From: Amoeboaphelidium protococcarum X5
Lineage: Eukaryota; Fungi; Aphelidiomycota
Direction of reading: 5' to 3'
NCBI GenBank assembly: GCA_023515725.1
Contig: JALDTO010000150.1
Span: 7,621-71,620 of the forward strand
Length of the DNA: 64,000 bases
This document shows positions 12,797 to 25,589 of the stretch, in pieces. The notes under the pieces are model-generated. The model worked only from the letters and a program-made list of their open reading frames with translations, was not told the origin of the DNA and ran no database searches. How positions within the stretch are numbered: the stretch's first letter is position 1; each line of letters starts with the position of its first letter. The translations under genes were made by a program, and so were the position numbers.

Positions 12797-14323
12797 TCAA
12801 TTATCATTATTGATACTTAGAGATCTTCCCAGTCGCCCATTGAGATCTTCATTGTCTGAATTATCGGCAGAGTCATGATCGTGAACCACGCCCAGTCCCC
12901 AGATGAAGCGCTTCGTCTGATCTCCGCGTTCATTCCATCTCAAGCACCGCGCCAAACTACCAAACCAGTCAGCTGATACATTCACCTCCTTTATGATGAT
13001 GGGTAGGGAGCGATTTTGCTATTAATTAGAAGCGAATACGCGAACCACATCGCCCTGACTGAGTCGTACCCGGTGTCTTCCGTCAAAGCTTACCCAAGCG
13101 GAGCAGGTTGAAGAGTGAGACTTGTACTCTGGCACAACCACAATGACACTCTCATTATCGGGTAGAATAACTGGCCGGAAGCTAAGAGTATGTGGACATA
13201 TAGGAGTAACCAGCAGTGCAGCCACAGATGGATGGCATATAGAACCACCTGCGGATAATGAGTACGCGGTGGATCCCGTCGGCGTTGCGATAACTATACC
13301 ATCAGCTTTCACAGTTGTTAGATGAATTGGAGCCGTATCTTGAGATGCAAGCGATTGACTGAACAATTCCAGCGTGGATATATAAGCTGACGGACCTCGA
13401 TCGACAACAATGTCATTTAGTATTTAGAACGATTCATCCGGAATGGGAGGTATACAATATTGCGACTGATCCTAAGTATTCTATTCCTATGACCGCAAGT
13501 AATCAGAGCTAGATTATTATTTCACAGGACATCCAAACTTCTCCAGTGGATTAGCTAAAGTGACATGCCGTGTGAGGCCAGGTGTTCGCACAATCTTTTA
13601 GCGATAAACTTCGCATGTTAATCGCATGCGATAAGATATACCGATGGAGCCTCGTTCAGGCTATTAACGCATGACCCAGTCCAGTATACACCCCAGTTCA
13701 GAGTATTAAAATACAGTCAGGAATCCTAGAGAACCCAGATGGAATGGAAGAATTGGCGGTACTTGATCTTAGAATAGCCACGATGCATATAAGACAGTTC
13801 CATCGCCACCGAGTGTAATAATAAGATCTATAATCTCATGCGGACACCGACTCTGAGTCAGCGATATATCATGTTTGCAGTAGTACTTTTACTGTATCTA
13901 TTCCTACTACCATGGATCTTGATCGCCATCACTGAGTTGTTATTACTAAACATTAGGAATAGAATCCTAGTTATTATTATTATGATCAGGACTTGATGGT
14001 ATAACAGTAGACGGAATATGTGGAATATTGGGCGGACAAGTTTATTTTCTCAACTAGTGTGCATTCCAAGCCTTCACTTTCTATGACCATTTATCTTTGC
14101 ATTCAGGCAACAGCGGCGGTGAGTGCATCTGCTCATATAGAACATCTTCAATATATACAATACAATCAAAACGGCAGCAGAGAAGTTCAGCGACATTACG
14201 CACCTTGTCCACCAGCGACGGATCACTCAACTTTGCCACAATGAACACTGTCTGAGGCTTACTCCACGGATAGTTCTAGGATGAAGAAGATGAAGGAGAT
14301 GGAGTCTACTACTTATCCAACAT
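12797..14323 (-). CDS. NAD(H) kinase
   Basis: [69 protein letters not shown]. Confidence 0.93.
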
Positions 14324-14548
14324 ATTGCTAATACTAAGAGCAGAAGCTAGCTTTATTTTACTAAAGAGAAATTATCAACTTAAGTAGTGAAAAGCTATGG
14401 AGTGAATATGCAATTGATCCGCAAGTCTTTCAACTCAAACTTCAACGGAGACAAACGCGGAGTGAGTGGCTGCAGATCAACATTTAAACTTTCGCCCAGC
14501 AGCGCCGCTTTGTCATTTGCCGCGAAAATGACAATAAACTTTACAACA

Positions 14549-15027
14549 ATGGTTAAGATGCAACAGATGTAGCTATTACTATTGACAATTGTGGCACTGA
14601 TTAGCCTAGTAGATGCAACCAAATGTATGGATTCTACAGTATACACTATATCTTGAGCGATGATTTGACTAATATTCATTGTAATGTAGATGCGTACTTG
14701 GTGCTAAAGTCTCCATGGTCATTCGAAGCGTATGAATTGGTGGACGCGGAGAGGAAAAGCATTTTGACAGAATTTCGTGAATTGTGCCCACAATAGTATA
14801 ATGTGCTGATTAATGACGTGTTTCCCGCTTGTAAGTATGTGTGGTTGTAAGAGTCTTCGCGTCGAGTCTTTGCCAATAGAGATTCTGAGCTGGACTGGTG
14901 TTTGAATGCTGTTTAGAGAAGTTCGTTCACTGTCGCTTCACCTAATCCGTTTAATCACAGATGGACGTTCAAGATGGACATGGAACAATGTGGATAGACA
15001 TTATCATTATTCTTCATGACTGACTGA
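14549..15027 (+). CDS. Small secreted protein of unknown function (~137 aa, 4 Cys)
   Basis: Signal-peptide exon MVKMQQMQLLLLTIVALISLVDA; intron 14625-14689 (GTATGG..GACTAAT..TGTAG) joins it in frame to an open exon ending TGA. Confidence 0.6.
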
Positions 15028-15079
15028 ATTAAGAAAAATGTTAATACATTGAGCCATATTTATAACTATCAATAATAAA

Positions 15080-15797
15080 TCATTTCACTTTCTTGTTCTA
15101 ACGCGGCGATTGTCTGGTGCCATTAGAGTAAACTTTGGGTGATTTACCACCATCTCTCTACGCGTAAATCATAGCAGTAAATGGCTCTTCAAAGGATAGA
15201 GCAACTTTGTACAAAAAGAACACAAACACTGATAACCAGATTCCAGTAACTTTCTAATACCAGAGAGCAGTGCCTAGAAAGACCAAAGTTGAACCATTAT
15301 ACATTGGATTATTCATCACATTGAACGGGAACGCTGTTACTCTATGAGACATCAAAATTCCAAAATAATCACCCAAATAAGTTCCGGTTATGCCCAGCTA
15401 ATACATTGACGACAATACAAACACGTTACCAATGGCAATAAGGACCGCTCCAACTAAAGGTGCGTGTTCAAACTACATCAAGTATCTGTCGCTGTGCATA
15501 GACTCCAGCGCCAACTTGTACAGATAATCACGCCATATGCCGGCGACAAATATACAAAACGCTAGTATGTAGCAACCTCTACAAATTGAAAATGATTTTT
15601 AAGTTTAATTCGCACAACAACTTACCTGTACTTGTCACCGACACATTTACTGAGCCAATGCGTTCTGTACTCAGATCTACACACACAGCACGTATATTAT
15701 AGTCAATAGTGGCATGCATTCCATACCTGGCAGCTATATTCCATAGCAATGGATTCATTATGGCCTACGCGACAAAAGCGAAAACATAAACGTTCAT
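15080..15797 (-). CDS. OPI3: Phospholipid (phosphatidyl-N-methylethanolamine) methyltransferase
   Basis: [49 protein letters not shown]. Introns 15677-15726 and 15579-15625. Confidence 0.93.
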
Positions 15798-15986
15798 TAT
15801 GATTAATAGAGGTTGATGTAAGGTATAATCAAAATAGGAGTTATACAAAACTTGGTGCGATTCACAAACTCTATCGATAAAACAAGATCTGAACGCGGTA
15901 TCTTGGTGAAAGCATATAAAGAGCACTAGAATTCAAAGATATAAGATTATAGCTATAAAATCTATTACTTATCAATAATGAAAAAA

Positions 15987-17795
15987 TCAGTATGAGTAAT
16001 CTTTTGCGCGATACTTTTACTTTGAACCAGAGTTGGAGTACTTTGGAGAGCCATAGCTTTTACTGAATCCCCCCTTCTTCTAAGCTCCGTAATTGTTACT
16101 GCTATAATCTTTGCCAGATCTGCCACCTCTTTACTGCTGCTAATATTACGAACTCTATTCTTTAATTGCCTAAAACTAAGACATATCATCCTAATCACCA
16201 TCATGATTAGTAGTAAGTAAATCATTAGTTAGAGACTTGATCATGGCCGCCACGAGAGCAGAAGACTTTTAATCTTGCAACTCTTGCATTCCACAAGCAG
16301 TCAGCAGTGTTTGAGTGTGATCCATGTACCCAGCTAGATCATCCTAAAGATTGGCGATCACCTGAGGGATAATCGTAGTCTCCAATGATGCACTCAACAC
16401 TTCTTACTTGGTCGGAACAGACACGTAATCCATAGCGATCTTCGTATCCTTCTCAATCTCTTTTAGCTTATTTAAATCTCTGCTGACAGAACTAGATCCT
16501 CCTCCTCTATCATATCTATCTCTCTTACGTCTATCGTTAGACTATGATGGATCAAAGAGTGTGACATTGGTTCCAAAGTTATTAGCGCGACCAGTTCTAC
16601 CACTTCTGTGTACGAAAGATTCCACGTTATCTGGAGGACCCATTTGGACAACCATGTTCACATTCTTGATATCTAGGCCACGACTAGCAACATCAGTGCA
16701 CACAAGGACATTCAATTTACCATCTCTGTACTATTGCAGTGTCTCATCACGTTCACGCTGGCCGAGATCACTATGCAAGGCAGCCACGTTTAATTTATGA
16801 GCAAAGAATGAGCTTGCTGCCTGATGAAGTTTTGTGGCAGCCTCATTAGCTTCCTTCTTGGTTTGCGTAAATATCAGAATCTGATCTTTGTTGGCACTTT
16901 TTCCGCCATCACTATGGGTGGCATCTTCCGGTCGTGTGTGCTTCCAAGTTCCAGTGTAATGAAGGGCCAGAATATCAATCAAAGATGACAGCTATCTATC
17001 CTTCTTACAAGGGATAGCAAGATACTTTATACTTGATGGAGCATTATTCTCTTGTCCAACCAGATCAATTGTGGTATAACCAGGGCGGAAGAACTTTCTG
17101 GCAGCCTACTTTACCCACCTCGGCATAGTAGCGCTGAAAAGCAAAGTCTAATGTTCTGTCGCGTTGGAAGTAGAAGCTTTGTGCTTCTTAATCAAACCCA
17201 GAATCTACTCCAATTACTCTTCAAAGCCGATATCCAACATGTAATCGCTCTCATCCAGGCAGAGTAATTGCACCTAACTCAAATTAAACTTATTGCTGTC
17301 TAGCATATCAACAATACGACCGGGGGTGCCAATACATATATCAGCCGATCTTAGCGCGTTAACTTGCGGGCCATAGCCGACGCCACCATAAATGCAAGCA
17401 GTTTTCAAATCAGGCAAAAACTTTGCAGCCACGTCATGAACCTGAGTAGCCAGCTCGCGCGTTGGACACAGAATCATAGACCTAGGTGCAAAATCTCTCT
17501 TATTGGCACTAGCAGAGTTTTACAGAATCTAGCCAATAGGCAGCAGAAACGCCAGCGATTTTCCACTTCCAGTCTTGGCTCTTGCAATCAGATCCTTGCC
17601 GTCCATGATAATATCAAATGTCTACTTCTGGATCGGAAATAACTCCTTGATACCATTGCGTATTAAAATGTTTTAGTATTTAGGAGACAGATTAGGATGA
17701 ATCTAGGAATCAATACTCTATTATTATGCAGCACTATTACTAGTAACAGAGCTATGTCTGATCTGATGTATGACGCGCTTAGTCTATCGAAACAT
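15987..17795 (-). CDS. DEAD-box RNA helicase (DDX21/50-like core, possibly mitochondrial)
   Basis: LFPIQ, AKTGSGKS, PTRELATQ, GTPGR, DESD (motif II), DVASRGLDI, HRSGRTGR; basic N-terminus. Confidence 0.9.
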
Positions 17796-17917
17796 TTGCG
17801 CGTTTTTCGTTTCAGTTTGTTCAAAGAGAGAGAAAAGAGAGAAAGGCGTTTCCATTAAGCTGTAGATTCTCAAATCGCAGAAATCCCATAGCATCAATTT
17901 ATAATATTTTTTTCTAA

Positions 17918-19015
17918 TCAAACAATATCATCACTAGGATCACCCTGAAGATTTTACTTTACGCCTCCATCCATTGACATTTCAGTATCTTGTAATTAGC
18001 CGGGAGCACCTTTCGCAGCAGGTAAAATACTGATCTGATCAAAGTAAGCTCCCGTCTTCATGACACTTGCCGCAATATCATCCGGCGTGGACTCGGAATC
18101 ATCAGTCGTTGCATTCTTTGCCTTGGACTTGGCTTTGGATTTTTACTGCGTTTTTCTCTGTGGTTGGGTACCATCAGGCCTCAAACTGACTAGTTACATC
18201 AAGACGCTGAAGAAGGCATGAGACCAGAATGTGCAAAACATTAGGCAAAGATCAACAATTGCAATGCGGGAATGTAAACTCAGAGCCATACTTTAATCAG
18301 CCACCAAGTCATCTGACATCAACTGTCCCACTGGCCAAGCAAAGAAACACGCTGATACTCCACACATCAGCTCTACCACCACGATAACCAGTGTCTTGAT
18401 CACAAGTGGAATGACTGACTTGTTTAAATACTCAGAGGCTTTCTTTTTATCATTCTTGGAACCCAATGTATCCTTTTTTATATCAAGCACAATTTTTAAG
18501 GAAATCAGACCTGAAGCAGAGTCTAGCAATCCAATGTAGCAGTAAAATACCACCCAATAGATACGCGTCGTAAAGTAAATAGTTGGAAATATTTAATAAC
18601 TGTATATCGATGATACGATGCCAACATACAATCCTCCCAACGCTATCAGTGGCATCCAAAGTCCGGCCGACACCAAGTTTGAGCTGTGATACAACCACGT
18701 GAATGACTTTAATCTCAAAATGACTATAGTCTCGTACAGTATCACATTGATGGTGTATAGAATCTCACCCGTGGTCCATAAAGCATAGTATAATCCATTG
18801 TCGCCGGATGGCTAAATAAAAAACTCCTTTGACAACTTGATAACAGCGCATAGTAGAGTGCCAGTAGCACTTAAAGCCATTAAGCGTTGTATCTGAGTCT
18901 TAGTTTCAACCGCGTGATAGTGTTGACTTGCAGCTAAAACCAATGCAACAACGACGAAGGCAACTTCCACTGATATAGCGACTGGATTAAGAGGCTGCAA
19001 GTTGATGGCTAGCAT
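17918..19015 (-). CDS. Seven-transmembrane GPCR-like membrane protein
   Basis: 365 aa; seven hydrophobic segments, basic loop between TM5 and TM6, polar C-terminal tail. Confidence 0.6.
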
Positions 19016-19219
19016 TTTTGTCGCTTATAATGCGTTTGATATTAAAAGTATGCAATTTTTAATTGAAATCGTAATACCGTGAGAGATAAATTTTCACATG
19101 CCACCATCTAAATATAGATTTGCCTCGTTACAAACGTCTTTTTCATTCAAAAAGGTGATTAGTGTTCAGAAAGGGATATAGCACCACTGCGTCCCTACAT
19201 AAGGGACAAAAAAATAAGT

Positions 19220-19302
19220 CGTCGACAGCAGGATTTGAACCTGCGCGCCCAGAGGGCAGTTGATTTCGAGTCAACCCCATTGGACCACTTTGGTATGTCG
19301 AC
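19220..19302 (-). tRNA. tRNA-Ser(CGA)
   Basis: GTCGACA acceptor stem, GTTGA-CTCGAAA-TCAAC anticodon arm, long variable arm, GGTTCAAATCC. Confidence 0.95.
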
Positions 19303-21197
19303 CTAAAATCGGCAAAATGTTGCGAAGGCGCATTATTTAAAGTAGTTTGGAAGAAATCTAGCGTGTTAAGATTTAAATGTTCATGGGTATGGTAACAAAA
19401 CTTGGTCCATTCAGTAATTTTGCTTCAATGCTTTTTAACACAAGGCATCGCCTGAATCGAACCTTTAAAACAGAAAGCTGCAGTCCTGGTTAAGGAAAAT
19501 ATTCTGAGTGATTGCTTTGTTTACGGTCTTATTTTAAGCGCACGCCGATGGGGTAGTTCTGTTTGCTAATGTCGACTATCTTAGGTGCCCAATCCTCGTT
19601 GGCACAAGAGCATAAGCCGCTGCAATAGAAGAATTTTATGAACGGAGGCTGAAAATTTGTTTTTGCTGGCTTTTTATGCAAGATAGCTCATCTGCAAATT
19701 TATTAAACCAAGGAAACAGCCCTGTCATAAGTCCTAATTATCTTGTGTCACAATCAGTTATGATTCACTTAAATTAAGGTTAATATGAGGGATAGATTGG
19801 TTAAGTTTTTTAGAAAGGAGCTTGGTCTGATTAATGCTGCTAAATTTTTACAGTGGGATGCGCTATTTGAGTTTCGGATGGATCGGCTGAATACGAAATC
19901 TCCAGTTAAATTGACTGCTGCATCAATTGAATAATTCTTAAAACCGTAGAAGCATTCAGTATTTGCCGACTCTGTCTAAGAATAAACAATGTTTACCGTG
20001 CAGCATACTAAAAGATTATTGACATTGGTATAGGAAGGATTTTTGAAGATGTATCTGAGCGCAATGAAGCCACAGCTCGATTCTTTTGCTTCCTCCATGT
20101 CCCGTGGCAGACCATCGATGATTTGATTTTGAGTGATTGTAAGTCGTGGCTTGGTTCTAATTTCTGCGCATGATGAGATTCCTTCAACTCTATTTCCGCC
20201 AGAATTAGTTACCAATGTTCGATATAGTGCTTGAGTATTAACTGGCACCAGATAGTAGCAAAAACGTCTTAGATTTTTGGTGGTACTAAAATGGAGTGAT
20301 ATGCGTAAATTCAAATTTAAGTTCAACTTTAGTGATATAATTAAGGGCGACCATACATGGCGAAGAGGCTGATATTTTTTATGATTATGAGGAGGATTTG
20401 CAGTTGTAAGTCTAGGAGGAGAAAGAACATTAATACGCGCACGTGAGCTGTTCAGTATATGAAGTAGAAACGTTTTGGTTGTGTTTGATTTCTATAAGAT
20501 TGCTCATCTGTACCATCTTGAAAAAAATGCTCAATGAATACGCGCTACGAGTATTAAGTTGAGAGCCATCCTTGTGAAGCAGCTACAAGTCCTCCTTTTA
20601 AGGATCAGTTAATACGTTTACCGAGAGTCGGATTGATAACTATTGACAAGAAAGTTGAAAACTCTAAAATGGTATATACTCTATGATTACAGTACTATGT
20701 TCAACATATTATTTTTATGCATATTTAACCTGCAGTTAACGGAAAAGCTCTACGTTTATGAGCATGAGCTAACACGGATACTGCGTTAAATGATCATTTG
20801 GAGTATGCGTGTTTCAAGTCAAAGTGGCTCTGTAATCTGTAAGAGTTGAACGAATCAAGAAATTACTACTTGTAATAATGATGGTTGTAGCATAGGGAAC
20901 ATGTGTTTTTCATTCAGTCAGTCGGAATCTATAAAAAGTCCTCCCTCAGTTGACCTCATTAGTCAGTTGCAACGTGAAATGCCATCTACGAAAGTGGATG
21001 GCTCTTTGAGCATTTTACCGCTGCCAATCTCAATTAATGTATCTCTCATGCGCGACTTACGATGAATAGTCCATAAGAGTTAATACCAGTAAAAATCCTG
21101 ACATACTTATTTGAGCTTGCTTTCTCGGAGTCTGTCTAAAGGTGTCATGCTCTTTTAAAAATGCCCCACTGAATATGGTGAAAGGCGGGATGCGTAA

Positions 21198-24100
21198 ATG
21201 TTCGTGCGTCCAAGCTTGAAAATTTCATTAAGGAGGTTTTGTGGATACTTATATGAGCAACAATTTTTATTGCTTTACACGATATTTCAGTTAATCAATG
21301 TAGCAAATAGTGCTTGCAACAAACGTGTGTTGGTTACTTTTGTTTCCATATTTGCTGTAAAAGGATTACTGTATTAACATACCATATTGATTCTTCGGGG
21401 TAGTCAACATAATTATTCATCATACTTCTTATCTCCTACCGCATTAGTAATCATCGTATCTGTTTAATAGTCGTCACACCGAGTTTACTAGTATTCATTT
21501 GTGATGTCGTCAACTATCAGCTCTTCAAACAACTAGTATTTGGTTAACAGTGGGGCCACCTACTGCTACTCTGTGGTGGCGCGTGTAAATGATAACACTG
21601 CTTATGCTGTGTGTTAGGCTAAAACAACACTTAATAGTATGATTTAGGTGCTGTCCAACGATGGCTCTATTGTGAGGTAGTTTACGTGGAAAGCAATCAG
21701 CTGGCTTCTGGCGTTTGCATGCCTTATAGTATTGCGTTGAATCAGTAAACTGGTGATATATACGTCACTGGTCAGGTGAAGAATAGTGTTGATGGTTATG
21801 TTTATGCATCGCGTTTACGTAACGATGGCTCTGTTGTCTGGACCTAAACATATGGTGCATCTGGATTGTAGAACATTGGCTGGAATGTGCAGCTGTTTGC
21901 ATCGAAAAATCTAATAACGGTGACTGGATAGTCTATGGGTGATCCTATGAGTTATTTTGGTGGCATGGATGGTCAAGTGATGTCTATTGATGCTTCGACA
22001 GGCGCTCTATTACATCGTATAGTCATTAGTCTTGGCAATGATGATTAGATACGATCATCAGTTAATCAGGATGATATTAATCTTGTCGTTGCTGGTAATG
22101 TATGGCAGTCTTCTCAACGCAAGGGATATTTGGCGAGTTATGCTGTATCATCGTCTGGTAACTTGACTTTGAGATGAGAATAGACTCTCTTTACCAACAT
22201 TTTAACCGAGTTTAGAACTGTAAAATATTACCGCGGTTCCTTATATGCCGGCGGAACTTGGAATGGTCATTTCTTTTCTGGTGGTACCTTCGCTTCGTCT
22301 ATGAATTCAAATGGTTCTCTTGTGGTGAGATATGCGTTGAATGGCACAATGGATAATTCATTTTTTGCCTATGATTATCAAGGTGACAGTAGAGTATACG
22401 ATATCCATGTTGATCAGCCTTCCGATTTAGTTATGCAAGTCGGTACTTCTAGGCCTAATTAAGATAATAGTTGGTATTCCATGGTGCGACAGAGCTACTT
22501 TTCTAAGTTAGGCTATTATTATGGTCTAAATGGGGTTTCAATTGGAGACAATTACGCGATGATATTCACATCGTTGGCAATGCTCGATGATCGTACAGTC
22601 ATTGGTATAGGTGCAAGTAATCTGCTGCTCAATGGAAATGCTCACATTCTAGTTAATATGGATTTTACATTGATTACTACCACTACTACGACGACCACCA
22701 CTACTACTACTACTACTACCACTACTAGGACAACTACGACCACGACAAGTACTACTGCTACCACTACTAGGACAACTACGACCACGACTAGTACTACTAC
22801 TGCTTCCACAAGTACAGCTGCTATCACAAAGATGACCAGCACTACAATCGCACCATCACCGTCTACTACTGTTACATCAGCAACGGTCACAAGCACTTCA
22901 GCTACTTCGATCACTCCAAATGCCACATCTATTGGTGCATCATTAATGGTATCTGTATCTACTGAATCATCTAATACCTCGGCATTGATCACAATTTCAT
23001 ACTCAAGCACCATATCGAATGGATCATTCACATCTCTTTTTATGCCTTCTGCTAATAGTTCCTCTAGAGTGCCTTCACTGGTTAGTTTGTCTAGTACAAG
23101 TACCATACTGTAGCCGATTGCTTTGTTAACGATTTCACAACTTGGTACTAGCCAATCATCTACTTATGGTAATGGACATTAGTTTTCTTTGGGCTCTAGT
23201 CAGAATTAGGCCACTATATAAGGCGTTGCATAAACTACAACTGGTAACCCCGATTTGTAAGCTAATACAAATCAGTGTCTTAACATGGTTGGTGCGTACG
23301 CGTTAGTCGCCGTTTTGGCAGTTTTTGCTTTGATAGCTATTGGTATCACATACTTTGTGATGAAGAGGAGGATGCGCAAAATGAGTAGGAGGGGCAGAGG
23401 CTCTACTTTGAGGAATCATAGTGCTTTCTCCACCTTGACTAATAGCGTTACTCACACCGGAACCTACGCTGGTACACATATGTAATAGACAACTCTCTAA
23501 GCATCTAATATTATTGCCATACCGGTGTTCATGCAAGCAAAGTATGGAGTAGATTTTACGACATCTCACCTGTTGACTAAAGGTGGTGTGGGCTCTATTT
23601 ACTTGGCTGAAGTTTTTAATTAATCACTTTAGTAGAGAATCCCAACTGGTGTAAAGCTATTATTCAAATAAATCGCTTAAAGTTTACGTGATATGTCTGA
23701 TAATCAGCGTGCTATCTTCCATTAAGAATTGAGTATAATGTACCGATTCACAGATGATCCTAGACTTGCATATATTTACGCGTATAGTGAAGAGCCAGCC
23801 GGTCTCCTATTGCGATATTATGAATTGGGATCCATGAAGGATTACATTCACGGAGAGAGTTAGATGGCGTATTAGTTTATGTATACAACGTCGTAGGTAC
23901 TGTATCTGATCAAAACTCTCTCCCAGGCGCTCTTTATAATGCACTCGAGCGGTTTTGTACATCTAGATATAAAGCCTGCTAATGTTTTGTTGGATTATGA
24001 TGCACATAATGGGATGTTATTCTCGATCCTGACTGACTTTGGATTGTCCAAAATTGTGGATGAGTAGTCGCTTAAAGTCAAGGCGTTCTAAACTGGTAAG

Positions 24101-24268
24101 ATTAAAGGTGCGTCTTTGAGTTATGCCGCACCTGAGATTTTGCTTTAATTTCGCAATGCTACTCCTTTAGGTTAAATTGGCGCTGCATAGTATCCAGCTG
24201 ATGTTTACTCTGTTGGAGTGGTATTGCTGGAGATGCTGAATCGACGTAAAGTTTGGGTTTGGGTTTGA
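21198..24268 (+). pseudogene. Disrupted receptor-like kinase: beta-propeller ectodomain, Thr/Ser mucin stalk, TM, non-RD kinase
   Basis: Blades IALNQQTGDIYVTG and GSVVWTQTYG; poly-Thr ~22675-22800; TM ~23290-23360; HLDIKPAN, DFG, YAAPE. Frameshift near 21685, in-frame TGA 22175, ends soon after subdomain IX. Start approximate. Confidence 0.75.
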
Positions 24269-24492
24269 TGACTTGCTGTACTTCTAACGTTAACTATGAT
24301 GCAATCTCATTCAACGGTTACATTACGATTTCAAGCGCTCTCGGCCACTTGTTGAAACGACGATTGCCTCTCCTGAGTGGGAAAATTCTAGGCTGTTCAA
24401 TGATGAAGTTATGATCAAACAATAAATTTTTAGAGATGCAAAACACAATTATAATCTTAGTTCAGATATTACAGTAAGGTAGTACGATTAAT

Positions 24493-24831
24493 AAAGGACA
24501 TTAATACCAACGGGTGTTCACACTCAAAACTTTCATGGGATGCGGTACACGTTTAGCACGACCCGGGATAAGTTTCCTGCCCTCGAATACAGAGTCAATA
24601 TTTCGAATCTTAGAGCGCACGGTCAAACTTCAAGGTTACTGTTTAAATGTTGCCCTTCCGACACGCCTTAACGGGTGACGAAAGTCGAAGCGTCTTGTCT
24701 AGCAAGGCATCGATTCCTGATCCTCACTGTATACGGTGAGTTTAACGGGATACTCCGGCCATTGTGCCGTTTAAACACGCCACTATAAGAGCTTTGGTAT
24801 GACCTTGTAGTAGGTTCGCTCGTGGCCTTTT
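24493..24831 (+). ncRNA. Candidate structured ncRNA of unknown family (~340 nt)
   Basis: No convincing ORF; several helices, G-U pairs valid only on +, GAAA tetraloop, terminal helix followed by TTTT. Confidence 0.45.
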
Positions 24832-24897
24832 GGAAGTGATACTATTAGTTAATGAGTATATGATTAGTGCAGAGTCGGAATTTTAGCATTTTCCCGT

Positions 24898-24979
24898 GTC
24901 GACATATCAAAGTGGTTACTGAGATTGACTTGAAATCAATTGCCCTCCGGGCGCGCAGGTTCAAATCCTGCTGTCGACG
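24898..24979 (+). tRNA. tRNA-Ser(TGA)
   Basis: ATTGA-CTTGAAA-TCAAT anticodon arm, long variable arm; close paralog of the tRNA at 19220. Confidence 0.95.
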
Positions 24980-25132
24980 ATCTTTATTACATTTTTGAAT
25001 ATAAGTAGTATCTTAACTCAGCTCGAATTTCTGTTCTACTAGAGCCATCTACTTCTTCATTAATTGAATAAAGTATACAGTGCAATCTCTCAAGAACTCT
25101 GCGATAATAACATTGAGAAAGGTAAAGTATAA

Positions 25133-25439
25133 TCACTAAACTGTATTCAAACCATATAAATCACCAATCTCTGATTGCAACTTGATAAAAGATTAAATTC
25201 TATTCTATTCCGCTTGTTCATCGCGGGATACCACTATATTTATAGTCATTCCCTATTTCGTACCTTCAGGCAACAATGTCACGGGATACTCAATCACAGT
25301 CAGACGATCTGGAGTCATTAGCAATGCAATCTACACGCACATGTCTCTTCAGATATAAACAACCAATTTATCTCTATAAAATCAATCATACATTAGAATC
25401 AATTTTGCTGACGAGTAACGCTACCGGATCTTACGACAT
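25133..25439 (-). CDS. Mini-protein consisting only of the Chs5 (exomer) N-terminal domain
   Basis: 81 aa: LVSKIDSNIALLMTPDRLTVIEYPVTLLPEGTKQGMTINIVVSRDEQAE..FIKLQSEIGDLYG. Intron 25331-25391; ends TAG-TGA. Confidence 0.7.
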
Positions 25440-25589
25440 GATATCTCCAAAGAGTCAAAATTGTTGCAGAGTTGGGCCAGCGAAAAAAAAACGTTACAGA
25501 GCGGCTCTCTTTCAGTATCTCAAGACGACGCGCTATTAATTTCTTCAACTCTTTATCCAAAATTGCTAAGGTAATAAGAACATTTAAAT

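Noticed and set aside
19380-21100. Crinkler/REase-like effector relic (NEATARFF)
   Set aside because: Only one short motif amid multiple frame breaks; not enough to name.
24815-24835. U2 snRNA 5'-end resemblance (TCGCTCGTGGCCTTTTGG)
   Set aside because: The branch-recognition sequence and Sm site do not follow.
24898-24979. tRNA with TGA anticodon as an opal suppressor
   Set aside because: Anticodon UGA decodes UCA (Ser); a suppressor would need anticodon UCA.
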